A stretch of 64,000 nt of DNA from Octopus bimaculoides (Eukaryota): the NCBI RefSeq assembly GCF_001194135.2, contig NC_068990.1, forward strand, positions 5,760,547-5,824,546. Reading direction: 5' to 3'. The stretch's first letter is position 1. Every line of letters starts with the position of its first letter. This document shows positions 12,041 through 24,525 of this stretch, one piece after another. A program made the translations under genes and the position numbers. The notes under the pieces are model-generated. The model did not search any database. It was not told where the DNA came from and saw only the letters and a program-made list of their open reading frames with translations.

Positions 12041-12329
12041 CTCATCAAACTTTATATTCTTTATTGCTTTCGGTCAGCATTCATTTCTGTTAAATTATTT
12101 TTCCACTGTTGAAATATATTCCCGCTCACTTATACACGCACATTTCACACACGTAAGCATACCTTACACATAATTCACACACATGTGTTTGTCATGAAGA
12201 GGAGAAAAATATCCAAGTCAGAGTTTTGGGAAAAGGTTAACGTTAGTTTCGGAAGAAAATCATATCAAATTATAATATACGGTACACCTTGCCTGAACCG
12301 GTATACCTTGCACCGGTTCAGGCAACGTC

Positions 12330-13500
12330 GATTTGAAAGAAGGTTTGAGCTAATATTTTTCAGTTGTTTCATTGTGTTTGGGTGGCGGTTTGGTATCAAC
12401 TCTATTATCATAGGGAAATGCCAGATCTATTATCTTACACTCCTTGTTTATTTTGTCCTGTATATCCGGCCTTCTTACTTCAGTTGTGTGGTCTGTCTTT
12501 ATGAAGAAAGTCCACAAGGTTTGCAATTTGCATTTTCTATCAAAACCTCTTGTTCGTGTTCATACTTCTTTTCTGTTTTTTTCAAGTCACACGTTCGGCT
12601 AACATCCCAATTCATACTTTTGTCTACACGGTCATGCTTACGTTTATACTTCTTTTCAGCTAGTATACTGCACTCACTCCAAAAGTGATTGATATTTTCG
12701 TCTCCTTTCCTGCTGATTCTACATTTTCTGTCTGACTGAGTTCAGTCGATCTTTGCTTTTATCAGATTTGTTCTAAGGGCTTATTCCTGAGCGACAATAA
12801 CTAGCATTTCTGGCTCTCGTTTCACCTTCCCGTCAATCAACCAGAGTCAGCGATCCTTACTTCCACAATCCTCGGTTTGTTGCATTAATTGGCCATATGG
12901 TTTCATTTCTTTTCATTTGTTTATTCTGTTGTCCTTCCTTTTCTCATTGAATTCTGTAACTGTTTCTGTTAATTTTTAGGTATCACTGGCTGCCGATAGT
13001 ACTCTTTCTTTACTCTATACAACGTACAATTTCAGACCTAGTATTGCAATATTAACAGTCTCTTTGTTTAGTAATCCTCTGCCATCTGCCTTTCTTGGTA
13101 TGTAGAATCTGTCAGTATTGCTTTTAAGGTGGAGTGCGTTGTGCACTGTAAGCAGATTTCTAGTTCTACCCAAGTTCCGTAGCACGACCTTTGCCCGTTT
13201 CAGAAAGAAATCATAGTATATCTATACGGGTATAGCCCATGTTTATATTGCTTTAATGGTGTTTCTTCCATTTCATTTTGTTTCGAGCATCTTCCTAATT
13301 CTCCTCTGATATCCTATAACAACTTTCTCTCTCATTTCTTCTTCCATTTTCCATCGTCTTGCAGCAGTTCTTGATATTTATACCTCTAACTATTCCACAG
13401 TGATCTAATGACGCTGTTTTGTAGTAATTTTATGACATTAGACTTTATCTTCCGGCTTATCTTCATAATTAGTATTGCGCACTTATCTACCACACCCTTG
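12330..13500 (-). mobile_element. R4/Dong-like RLE non-LTR retrotransposon relic (RT C-terminus, zinc knuckle, RLE)
   Basis: Minus-strand translation with stops and frameshifts: DKCAILIMK, YKY, HNALHLKSNTDRFYIPRKADGRGLL, SECSILAEKKYKRKHD, RRPDI, IIDLAFPYD. Confidence 0.85.
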
Positions 13501-14107
13501 CCTACCTCTTGAGATGCCTCAACCGCCCGGAAATAGACGGCTAAATTCTCTCAAAAGAACTTTCCAAATTAAGACTGTAAATCAATAATTATCTTAGTGT
13601 ACATAGCACCTTTACTCGAGGAAAGGAGTAATGCAAAATCGAAGAAAAATATACTTTCCCCAACAGGACATATTATGAAAAGGAAATCAAAGAAAATGAG
13701 CATTTGTCGTAAATGTGAGTTTCTTTAAAAAGATTGAAAGGCTGGAATGCGATTCCATGAAGTCTTTAACAATAAGTACATGTACCTTTCCAAAAATAAA
13801 AGAACATATAGAAAAGACATAGGCACGATAGAATGCTTAAAGCATAAGCAATGGATGAAAACATGATTATGATAACAATGATCATAAGATAAAGCCAAAA
13901 CAGCTATTGTACTAATTTGATTGCTGGAAGTGTCAAATAGATTGCCCTGAAACGAATTTGAACGCTAGTTTGAGGGTTCCCGACGGGCATTCTAATTTCA
14001 ATGATGTAAATGCTAAAGTTTTTTGACCGAAGTACGAAATTTAATGATCGAAAAACGAATGCGAATGACTAACTTGATGTGTGGTTAAAAGTGAAGAAAT
14101 TATGGTT

Positions 14108-14228
14108 TTAATGCATGTGCCTGGTGTACGCTTATCAGACGGGTAGTCGTGATGGGTATCCTAGGCTTCGTATATTTGTACCCCAGTGTCACTTTGATGG
14201 CATGCGCTGCTCTCTCACTCACTCACTG

Positions 14229-14301
<73 letters not shown>
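14108..14301 (+). mobile_element. Probable 3' end of a non-LTR retroposon with a (TAA)n tail
   Basis: GC-richer segment (atgcatgtgcctggtgtacg..gctctctcactc) running into (AAT)n at 14229-14301. Family assignment rests on recollection only. Confidence 0.5.
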
Positions 14302-14302
<1 letters not shown>

Positions 14303-14588
14303 CTATTATAATAATGGGCTTGTTTGTAAGTTTGTCCAAAATCACGAAATGAGGGAGTAGCAGTGTAAGTAAGAGTAAAAAAAGAGAAGAGACAAAATGG
14401 TAATAACAATGAGAGAGGGAGTGGTATCAAACAGCGCTTCTCACTCTCTCTCTATATATATATCTCTCTCTCTTTCTCTCAACACAAACCTTTTCGCTTT
14501 ATTGATGAACGCTGCCTCTCTCTCTCTCTTTCTCTCTCTATCTATCTACAGACGCACACACAAACTCTTTCTCTCACTCTCTTTCTTT

Positions 14589-14620
<32 letters not shown>

Positions 14621-15458
14621 TTTCTCTCTCAACAAAAAAATTTTCATTCGAATATGAGATAAGTAAATAAGTAGTCATTTCTAAGTCATAGAATTAAATT
14701 ATTGTCTATTGAAAGAAAACTTGATAACATTCTGTTTAAAGAAAGCTAAATATAAAAGGAAGGCAATTATAAATATTTACAAATACCAGACGATAATGTG
14801 ACGTGTGTAAATATTTATGAATGAAGAATTTTGCTAAGACGGTGAAGTTTGTCTCCAAGATCTTTTTCCGTTGCAGGCAGTAAAGAGAGTGAGAGAGCGA
14901 GAGACAAACAAAGATAAAGAACGTGTAGACGTTCTTAGAAAACAATAAGTCTCTGTGTGTATGCCGTTAATATAATCCTGTGCAATTTTGGACTTCGTAT
15001 GGTTGCGTATAGAAATATAAACAAACTAACGTACACACACACGCGTAGACATACACAAATATACTTATTTGTCTTGAAGTTTGTGTTCCGTTGTATTAAA
15101 TATGCTCATCCACCTGTTATGCAGAATGAATCGGACAGAAGGCGACAGTTAGCCAGAGAGAGACAAAGACGAAGAGCAGCCAGTCTCACCCAGGGAGAAC
15201 TGGACGCAAGAAGATTAAACACTACATTAAGGTTATTAAATCAATCACAAGAAGTGAGACAAGAGACACGAGTGCAAGAAGACGTCAAAATGTAAAGGAG
15301 CACCTAACTGCACAAAGGAGAGATATCCACAGAGAGAGAGAGAGGGGAGCACAAAAGCGCCAGGATGAAACAAAAGAGCAAGCAGCACTCGGGAGAGAAA
15401 GAGACTATCGCAAAAGCGACAAGATGAAATGGAAGAGGAAGCAGCACAAAGGAAAGAA

Positions 15459-15493
<35 letters not shown>

Positions 15494-15681
15494 ATTGAGA
15501 AGAATAGAAATATAATGGTTAATACTGAAACGGATCATCCAAAACAACTCATTGCTGATAGGGCTTTCACAAGAAACGTGGTGTTGAAGCAATTACTGAG
15601 ATAAAGGTTGTAATGTTTTTATTTTAATTTTATTTTCTGTATCATTTTCATGCCGTCATTTCTGAAGGCACGGTTACACTA

Positions 15682-15682
<1 letters not shown>
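14302..15682 (+). mobile_element. Non-autonomous Helitron retaining a decayed ORF fragment
   Basis: 3' signature: hairpin tgccgtca-tttc-tgaaggca (15651-15670), 8-nt spacer, CTAG at 15679-82, then T. 5' end a|cctattataataa (TC expected, CC seen). Inserted between A14301 and T15683 of a TAA array. Internal R/E-rich repeats QKRQDE(T/M)xExAA. Confidence 0.65.
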
Positions 15683-15756
<74 letters not shown>

Positions 15757-15762
15757 GTAATA
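15683..15762. repeat. (TAA)n microsatellite
   Basis: Read directly from the sequence. Confidence 0.95.
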
Positions 15763-16515
15763 AGCAAGGGTGACCTAAAAAGAAGATTGAAAGCTTAATC
15801 TTCGCTTTCCTCTGTAGACTGTGTGGGAAGAGGGTCGAAAGCGTGACTCACATTGTTAATGCTTGTAAAAGACTTGCACAGAAAGACTATAAGCACAGAT
15901 GCGATAAGGTAGCCCAAAGCCTTCACTGGCTACAATGCCGGAAGTATGGATACAAGGTAACGGGTGCTTGGTACCTACATACACCAGAAAAGGTAACGGA
16001 CGAAAAGGGGAAGGCAAAAATCCTCTGCGACTTTGACTTCCAGACAGTCAAGGTGTTAGAGCAAAGAAGGCTGGATATAGAAACCGTTAGGAGGGACAAA
16101 CAATAGTGCCTAATAATCGACGTGGAAGTGCCAAGAGATGAACATATTATCGAGAAAGAAAAAGATTGATAAATATGGAGACCTGAGAATTGAGATCGCC
16201 AAGATGTGGCAGCTACGAGAGTCAGACATAATGGCTGTCCCTATTGTCATCGGTGCATTGGGTTGAATAGCACCCAATCTGAAAAAAACATCTGGAGACT
16301 TTATAAATACTCTACAATTATTACAGCTCGATGGCTGTCACTATTGCTGCTGCTGCTGCAAAAATCAGCATTACTTGGAACTGCATGCATATTGCATAGA
16401 GTACTGTCTCTTTAAGGTCCTTGTGACTTGACAGACAGTACAAACCCCCGTTAGATACAATATTTTCAATTAACAACATCGCGATATTCGACACTGTGCG
16501 ACGTCTTAAATTATA
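15763..16515 (+). mobile_element. 5'-truncated R4/Dong-like RLE LINE, 3' end
   Basis: KGDLKR.IESLIFA; CCHC knuckle CRLCGKRVESVTHIVNAC from 15813; DFDFQT; RRLDI; IIDVEVP; PIVIGALG; LQKSALLGTA..L; 3' UTR shared with the copy at 41625-42195. Confidence 0.9.
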
Positions 16516-16517
16516 AT

Positions 16518-16695
16518 GCTATAGGCACGAAGCCTGAAATTTTGAGGAGGGACTAGTCAATTACATCAACTCCAGTGATCAACTGATGCTTACTTTACCA
16601 ACCCTGAAAACATGAAAGGCAAAATTGACTCCACAAACTTTGAACACAGAACGTAAAGGCAGAAGAAATGCGGTCAGGTAATTTGTCCGGCGCGA
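16518..16695 (-). mobile_element. SINE family A copy
   Basis: Reverse complement of the family A core (tagtcaattacatcaactccagtg..gaaaggcaaaattgact..tttgaacacagaacg). Confidence 0.8.
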
Positions 16696-17149
16696 TTTAC
16701 TACCTTAATGGTAATGTCTATTTAATACTGTCAGACATCTGTGTAGATCTTATGTGAGTGTAGGATTTAAACAGAGTGAGATTTGGAATGAGAATATAAT
16801 TAAAGCACTTATTGAATATTAATAAATTAACCTTTATTTCCTTATGTCAAATACAGATTATTTAGGAGTTACATCGCCCAAAGATATATTTGCGTTAATG
16901 ATTTCCCAAATTTGTGTAGGCTTGAATTATACATATGTTAAACGATTTTAATTCCTATGGGAAGTTGTTGAAATTTGTCCAGTGAATCAAGCATAAATAG
17001 CTTTATGTCACATTCACATGTAACAATTAAATATATTCCTCACTCAGCACTAGTGCATCCTCTGTACAACAACTGCTATTTGAGCTTTACTATTCTATAT
17101 CTCTAAACTATCAGCTTTCGCCTTTGACAGAGCTAATTTAAAGCGGAGT

Positions 17150-17650
17150 CGTTACCTGGGACATCATTAGATCTTTCAACTTTGTTTGGCAGTTGAATCT
17201 TCCGTTATTTTCCCCGCCTTTAGATTTCGTTCAACACCCCAGTTCTTTGATCGATATCTTCCTATCAGATCAAAGTATCGTCGTCTGTGCTGACAGTATA
17301 TTTTACTGCCCACATTCCATAAACTCTGATGTTCCCAGGGTTCAGTTTTGTGACTCGTACTGCTTCTCGTATACTTCAATTTACAAATAATATCATCGCC
17401 AACATACCACGCGTTTATACAACTTTCTTTGTGCTATCTTACATGTTTAACCCAGATATCATCTACAGACAACAGAGGCATCTCACACTGAATTTGCACT
17501 GACTCCATGAAGAGAAACCTTGGAAATATCCTTTAAAGGGGTCATACCTGTCTTGCTTTGTATAACGTTAACGCAATACAAGCACTGCTGATATCATCTC
17601 ATTTCTCCCTATTTAAACAAGTATAGAAAACAAATAGAACCTCTAAAATC
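17150..17650 (-). mobile_element. Highly decayed RTE-like reverse transcriptase fragment
   Basis: Minus frames give IQSKTGMTPLKDISKV, WYVGDDII (YADD-like) and KLN..TSEFMECG, in the order expected for an RTE RT; many stops. Confidence 0.5.
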
Positions 17651-19418
17651 ACACCGAATACTGCGTTTCTTTATGAGGTTCTCTTCTAACAAACGCATAT
17701 CTCAAACATTAGCTCATTTCTTCGGTTCCAGAAGATATTTCAACCCCAACAACTTCTAACTCATTGCAAAGTTCAGGTTAGAACCACAATGACCTTCTAG
17801 AAATCATCCAGAGAATCATCCAGTATTTCCTTCCAGATTATCGCTCGCAATAATTGGAATCACTACTCCTGCTTCTATTTGGCGCTGGTATGGACGTGTA
17901 GTCGAGAAGTTTGCATCCAACAGTAGATACAATGAGGTCGGTTAAATGACTTCAGCATTAAGCTTCAGCATTACCAAACGTCAAAGATAAAGTCCATTTT
18001 GCCTATGATAGCGAACTATCCGCCGTAGTTTTTATTTTCAGTTTGATTTATCGTATATGGAGACCAAAGTGTATATTGACTGAACATGGGCTGATAATCA
18101 TTTGTTTGACTTAATCCAGATTGGTCAAAATAAATTCACTCAGTGATATATGCTTGAAATTCTTATCCTCAGACATGCTATCTCTTCTCTGTGTCTTTTC
18201 TATTCAATGAACTCTGTTGCCTGGAGCTGGCTGGTCTTGTACCACATCCACTCATACACTCATGACTTGCCTCTCCTTTTGTTAAACTGAGTTTGTGTCC
18301 AACCCCGAGAGCTCGCACGAGCCACAATGCTTCGTACTAACAACTTATAAATTCGGCCTTCTGGAATGTCTTCGATGCATATCTTTCCTGCATTCGTCGT
18401 CTTGCAATAGTTTAACTTTAACGATATCAGTCTCACTAGTATCTGAATTTATGTGTTTAAGAATATCCAAATATTTCAGTTCTCCGCTTTCTGGTGTCCA
18501 AAGTGTGTACGGTTAAATTACATAAATATTAACTTAACAACTACAAGTACACTACTTTCACAGTATTTTCCATCCAGATTATCGCTCGCAATAATTGGAA
18601 TCACTACTCCTGCTTCTATTTGGCGCTGGTATGGACGTTTAGACGAGAAGTTTGCATCCAACAGCTTCGTTATGATTTCATTCCCACTGAGCGGAACCTT
18701 GAGCAAGACGAGAATTATGTAGAAATCAGTCGGAGAGACCGTTTCTTTAATTTGGTGGTGAAATGCATTTCATCACTCCGCTTTATCAACACCAGTACAG
18801 GTAACAGGATGCCTGGCTTGAGCGGAAAACCCTCTTTTGTGAGCATTCGAACCACGTTTCCGATTCATCCCTTTCTTCCATCAACTTGTGAGGCCCCGGA
18901 ACAAAAATCATGCACACGACTCGTCCATTTTTGATGAAGTCATAATAAATAAAAGTAAAAATAAACGTAATTGCTGCAAACATTATATAAATGCCAGAAT
19001 CAATAAGAACCGTCCACTATCTCTGGTTAACATGGTTAAAAAAAAACAGAATGCAGAATAATGAAAAATGAGTTATATAATTTTAGATACACTTTTTTCT
19101 TTTTATTTACTCTTTCCAGAAAAAAAACAACTATATTATTTGCAAAATTACTTGCTTGGAAATTTAATGAAATAGGTTATTCATCTTAAATGATAACGTT
19201 TCTGGTAGGTTTATCTCAGCGGGGACTCAGAGGACATAAAATCTGTTGGAAGCCATGACAGTAGAAAATGTCATTGACAAGTCAACCTTAGAAATTTAGT
19301 ATAATTCATTTACATTCTGGTATTCACATTCATTTTGTTAGCTAGCTATTTCCTGATAATGGAAAGTTTATTCTCAGAGCAGAAATTAGTAAAGAATGCT
19401 TCAGCGGATGCTTAGATG

Positions 19419-19441
19419 TTTATTATTATTATTATTATTAC

Positions 19442-19474
<33 letters not shown>

Positions 19475-19520
19475 CATTATTATTATTATCGTCATCGTCA
19501 TCATCATTATCATCATCATC

Positions 19521-19565
<45 letters not shown>

Positions 19566-19578
19566 GGTGGTGGTGGTG
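19419..19578. repeat. Compound trinucleotide microsatellite (ATT)-(ATC)-(AGT)-(GGT)
   Basis: Read directly from the sequence. Confidence 0.95.
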
Positions 19579-19669
19579 AGAGCCATCGAGCTGTAATTTC
19601 GTATTTGTTGCAAAACAGAAATATTGTTAGTCATTGAACATTTGACATGATGTCAGGTTATATGAATAT

Positions 19670-19678
19670 TTAGTAGTG

Positions 19679-19761
<83 letters not shown>

Positions 19762-19763
19762 GG

Positions 19764-19820
<57 letters not shown>

Positions 19821-19830
19821 TCGTTGTTGT
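19670..19830. repeat. Compound trinucleotide microsatellite (AGT)-(GGT)-(TGT)
   Basis: Read directly from the sequence. Confidence 0.95.
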
Positions 19831-20645
19831 TTGAAAAACGTTTGGTCATGCAGGCTGGTAGAAACAACGTTTCTCTAAATCAATAATCGATACACGATTA
19901 ACAATGTTACCAAACTCCATTATTGGATTTATTCAAGTTGAATATCTCATTTTTCATTTATTGCTTCTGATTTACAACTCTTCATACCAGTGTAAAATAC
20001 TATATATCATAGAAAAACAGATCTGTCCATTAAGTTTTAAGAGATTTTCCAGCAATTTTGTCTGCGACTATTTTACATGAACATAGTATCATTATAACCC
20101 ATTCTGAAACTAAAATTGCTTATTTTATTACAGTGTTCAGTATTTTTCCACTGTCACTAAAATATGTCATGATGTACAGCAGCTTAATCCAATGTTCATA
20201 GCTTGAAAGACTTTTCTTCTCTGCCCATCAGATAGATAGGACATAGTTGATAGCATCATTTTTGTTCATAGGAAACTTTAATTTCAGCATTGCCAAATAT
20301 AGTAACAATAATACTGTACATCCTCATGCTCTTTGTTTTCGAGTAGACTGATTGGGATATACAAACGCAGGTTAAGAACAGAAAGCATATTGATAGAATA
20401 TGAACTATCAATCGTGTATTACTATTACTATTACTCACGCCAAAGATGAATTCAAGCATTGTGCTGGACGCCATTACATTGTATATGTCGAGTTATTATA
20501 TCATACGACCTAGGTTCGGTTCCTTGTTGTAGATATTTCAAAGATTTAATTTATCTTCCTTAAGACTTTGAGTAAGACTCCGACTTCGCATTTTCTGATT
20601 TTGCATCGTTCTGTAGTCTCCGTTTATACAAGCATAGATACATAC

Positions 20646-20690
<45 letters not shown>

Positions 20691-21380
20691 GCTATATGCA
20701 TAAATATATATATATATATAATATATATATGTATGTGTATGTATGTATGCATGCATGTGTGTAGGTGTATATATTAGTATATACATACATATATGTGTGT
20801 GTAGAGAGAGAGAGAGGGGGAAAGAGAGAGATGCATGTATGTATATAAGTGTGTGTGTGTGTGTGTGTGTGTGCTTCTGTGTGTATGTGTGTATTTCTCT
20901 GTGTGTGTGTTGTCTGTGTGCGTGCTGTGTGTATATTTATATGTATACATGCATGTATATGTATATATCGTAGATAATTTCCATAAAAAGAAGAATTTAT
21001 CTTATATGATATTTAATATAAATTTATTCTTCTTTGATGATCAAAGACATGCCACCAATCACTCTAACCTTATTTTCTCTAATCTCATTTTAGTTTCATT
21101 TATATAAATGACCAACCATATAGATGTGTTCTTCTACATTAATATCGCTATCTAGTTTTGCGGGATATAAGGCTGGCAAGTGCTATACTATTGGGTTAAA
21201 AATGCGTCTCCTGTCGTTCTAGACAGTCTGTCGTCTTGTTGCAGATGTCCTCTTGTTTCTAGAAAAACAGTACCTTACTGACATGTCAGTTATTGAGGAT
21301 TATGGATCGTCGAGAATATTTTCCTTTCTCATTTGGTGTTAGTTCAAATTGCCATCGACCAATTCATCTATTTTCTCTGG

Positions 21381-21425
<45 letters not shown>

Positions 21426-21581
21426 NNNNNNNNNNNNNNNNNNNNNNNNNNNNNNNNNNNNNNNNNNNNNNNNNNNNNNNNNNNNNNNNNNNNNNNNNNN
21501 NNNNNNNNNNNNNNNNNNNNNNNNNNNNNNNNNNNNNNNNNNNNNNNNNNNNNNNNNNNNNNNNNNNNNTATATTTATATC

Positions 21582-21759
21582 TGTATTATAAGAAGCTTGC
21601 TTACCAGTTACATGGTTCCAGGTTCAGTCACGCTGCGTGGTACCTTGGGCGAGTATTTTCCATTATGGCCTCTGGCTGACCAGACCCTTGTAAGTGAATT
21701 TGATAGACGGAAATTGAATGAAGCTTGCCGTATATATGTATATGTATATATATGTGTGT

Positions 21760-21804
<45 letters not shown>

Positions 21805-22020
21805 CAGGCGTATGTGTGCGCGTTTGTGTGTGTATGTCTTTGTGTCTATGTTGTGTCTTTGTCCACCACCACCGCCTGGCAACTGGTGTTGGTGTGTTTA
21901 CATCCCCATATCTTGGCGTTTCAGCAAAACAGAGCGATTGTATAGTTACATGGCTTTGAAAATAGTAAGTACTGGGGTAGATTCATTCGACTAAAATATT
22001 CTTGAAGGCGGTGACTGACA
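21582..22020 (+). mobile_element. SINE family B, long form (head, internal TA/TG microsatellite, 3' module)
   Basis: Family B head, (TG)n, then caccaccgc..ggtgt(g)tt..cagcaaaa..aagtactggggt.gatt..tcgactaaa. Confidence 0.8.
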
Positions 22021-22050
22021 CAATAAATATAAATATATACCGACATATGT

Positions 22051-22118
<68 letters not shown>

Positions 22119-22148
22119 GCACGTATGTTTGATTGTTTTTGTGTGTAT

Positions 22149-22188
<40 letters not shown>

Positions 22189-22310
22189 AATAATTATTTT
22201 TGTGAGTCAATAGAATCGAGTTATTCTTAATGACAAAGGCACAAATATAGACTCGAGGATAAACGATTTTCTTTATATGATGTAATAAAAACACGTCTGA
22301 AACAGCTGTA

Positions 22311-22342
<32 letters not shown>

Positions 22343-22549
22343 ATGCAGCTATGTGTGCGTGTGTGTGTATATGCGGGTATGTGTCAGCGTATGTATGCAT
22401 GTGTGATGTTCTTACTATGACTTTAATCCAACTTTCTGTACTCCCCTTTCACTTTGTTACCCTTAGACTCTCCTAATTTTCTATATCTCCTATTCACCCC
22501 TCTCTCTTTACTTCCGCCTCCTTTACCTCAGTTTTTACATTTTACTGAT

Positions 22550-22735
22550 GCCTTCTTCTTCTTCTTCTTCTTCTTCTTCTTCTTCTTTTCCTTCTTCTTC
22601 TACTTCTTCCTCTTCCTCCTCCTCATCTTATTCTTCTCTTCCTCCTCCCCATTTCTCTTCTTTTGTTCCTTTTCCCCTCATTTTCAATTGTTCGTTATTT
22701 TCCTTTCCCCTCCGCCGCTTCCTCCTCGTCCCGCT

Positions 22736-22767
<32 letters not shown>

Positions 22768-22830
22768 TCAACATGATGCTTGCATCATCATCATCATCGT
22801 CGTCGTCGTCGTCGACTACGTTATCATCGC
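22550..22830. repeat. (TTC)n, (CAC/CAT)n and (CGT)n compound tract within a pyrimidine-rich region extending to about 23270
   Basis: Read directly from the sequence. Confidence 0.9.
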
Positions 22831-23204
22831 TATCATCTGTTTATTATACTTATTTCTCTCCTCTGATAATATCACTGACTTTTTATTTTCTATTTTGTTC
22901 TGTCTTTCTCGTAAATTTCTATCCACACAATGTTCTGTTTTTTGTTTTGTTTGTTTTTGTTTTTTTTTTCTATTTCCGTTCTATGCTATATTTCTGTTTC
23001 CCTATCTCACTCTCACTCACTCACTCTCTCTCTCTCACTCTCTTTTTCCATCTGTTTCTCTGTATCCCGTTGTGTAATAGTCCATTAATATTTGTGTTCT
23101 TCTCTCACTCTTCCGTCCTATCTACTCCTTTCTTACTTCTTTCACCCGTTTCATTCTCTCTCTCTCTCACACACACTCTCTCTCCCTCTCTCTCTTTCTC
23201 TTTC

Positions 23205-23242
<38 letters not shown>

Positions 23243-23667
23243 CTCCTATCTTCCCCGTCTTCCTCTTTTAGCTTTATCATTACATTACACGAGAGCAAAT
23301 TGAAAACACTCTAGTCAAAAACGTACAGATTTTGACCTGTAATATTTTGTGTAGGTCAACAGAATGGGAGAACGCGCATACAAATGCTTCTATTTTAGAA
23401 CACACATTATAGGAAAAATCTTGACCTCTCTTGACAAAGATGATCTTCTTCATCCTCATTTTTGATATCTTCATATCCTCTTCCTCTAAATCCTTGTTAT
23501 CGAATTTATTTTGCCTTACTTTCCAAATATCCGAGATATAATGTGTTAACTTAGAAGATACACACACGATACACACGCACACACATATTTATAAACATTC
23601 GTGTGTGTGCATATGTATATTGTAAAAAGAATGTGTGTGTGTGTGAGTGTGTGTGTGTGTACATATA

Positions 23668-23996
23668 CGCGCAGGCGTGGCTGTGTAGTAAGGAGCTTGC
23701 TTCGTAACCAAATGATTCCGGATTCAATCCCATTGCATGGCACCTTGAGCAGGTGTCTTCTACTGTATCCTCCTCTGGCTGATCACAGCCTTGTGAGTGG
23801 ATTTGATAGATGGAAACTGGAAGAAGCGTAACGTATATATATGTGTGTGTATGTGTGTTTATGTGTGTGTGCGCGTGTATGTGTCATTATGCCTGTTTGT
23901 CGCTCACCACCGCTTGACAACGGATGCTGGTGTGATTATGTGCCCGTAACTTGGCAGTTCGACAAAAGAAAAGGACCGATAGAATAAGTGCTAGGC
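23668..23996 (+). mobile_element. SINE family B, long form
   Basis: gcaggcgtggctgtgtagtaaggagcttgcttc head, internal TA/TG tract, caccaccgcttgacaac 3' module. Confidence 0.85.
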
Positions 23997-24360
23997 TGTA
24001 TAATTATCCAACAAGAATGTAATGGTTTTATTTCTAAAATCATGAAAGATGTTTGAATGAAGATGCAATGTTTCGAAAGATACAGAGATTTTTCACTGAT
24101 CGTTTTCGGAAGGTGAAGTAACACATCTATGTTGTGTCTTTTGTAACTTCGATGTGTTTAAGGAATAACTTCAGTATAATGCCTAAAATGTCATGCAGAC
24201 TGTGAGCTTCAAATTCTAGACCAGCTCCTATCGGTCTATTATTCTATGGCGCGAAAGCATAGAGAAACTAAAAGAATTTATTAAAAAACACTCCTTAGAG
24301 GAATAATTTAGTATATATGAGCAATGTAACTTCACACGTACTGTTGGTGATTTTTTAACT

Positions 24361-24525
24361 TCTTTGTCTTGTCCCTTTTCTCTTTCCCCTTTCCGACGTA
24401 GAGCTATGCTCGAAACGTTGAAAACAAAAACTCTCTCTTTTTTACTGAGCGTCAAACTAATACCTTCCATGTCCACGTCCTGTTGTCGTTTGTTATTTTT
24501 AATGTACGCTTATTTGATTTGGCTA
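24361..24525 (+). mobile_element. PLE-type terminal repeat relic with a degenerate hammerhead (24390-24423)
   Basis: ttt-CCGACGT-A-GAGC-tat-GCTC-GAAA-CGT-T (core changes at U4 and A9). Downstream ctgagcgtc..ctaatacc..cacgtcct is shared with 57881-58090 (-). Ends at (TA)n. Confidence 0.7.

Noticed and set aside
11480-12173. 212-aa + ORF and acidic minus-strand frames
   Set aside because: Product of degenerate CAT/TAT repeats; the D/E-rich minus frame is repeatedly broken by stops.
13700-13850. KGWNAIP, resembling a CR1 3' WNxLP motif
   Set aside because: Too short, with no flanking LINE motifs.
18620-18934. 104-aa ORF
   Set aside because: It starts inside a SINE head, the acceptor is weak, the phase does not fit the candidate exon chain and no domain is recognisable.
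22454-23303. 207-aa and 251-aa ORFs
   Set aside because: They are translations of (TTC)n, (CAT)n and (CT)n tracts.
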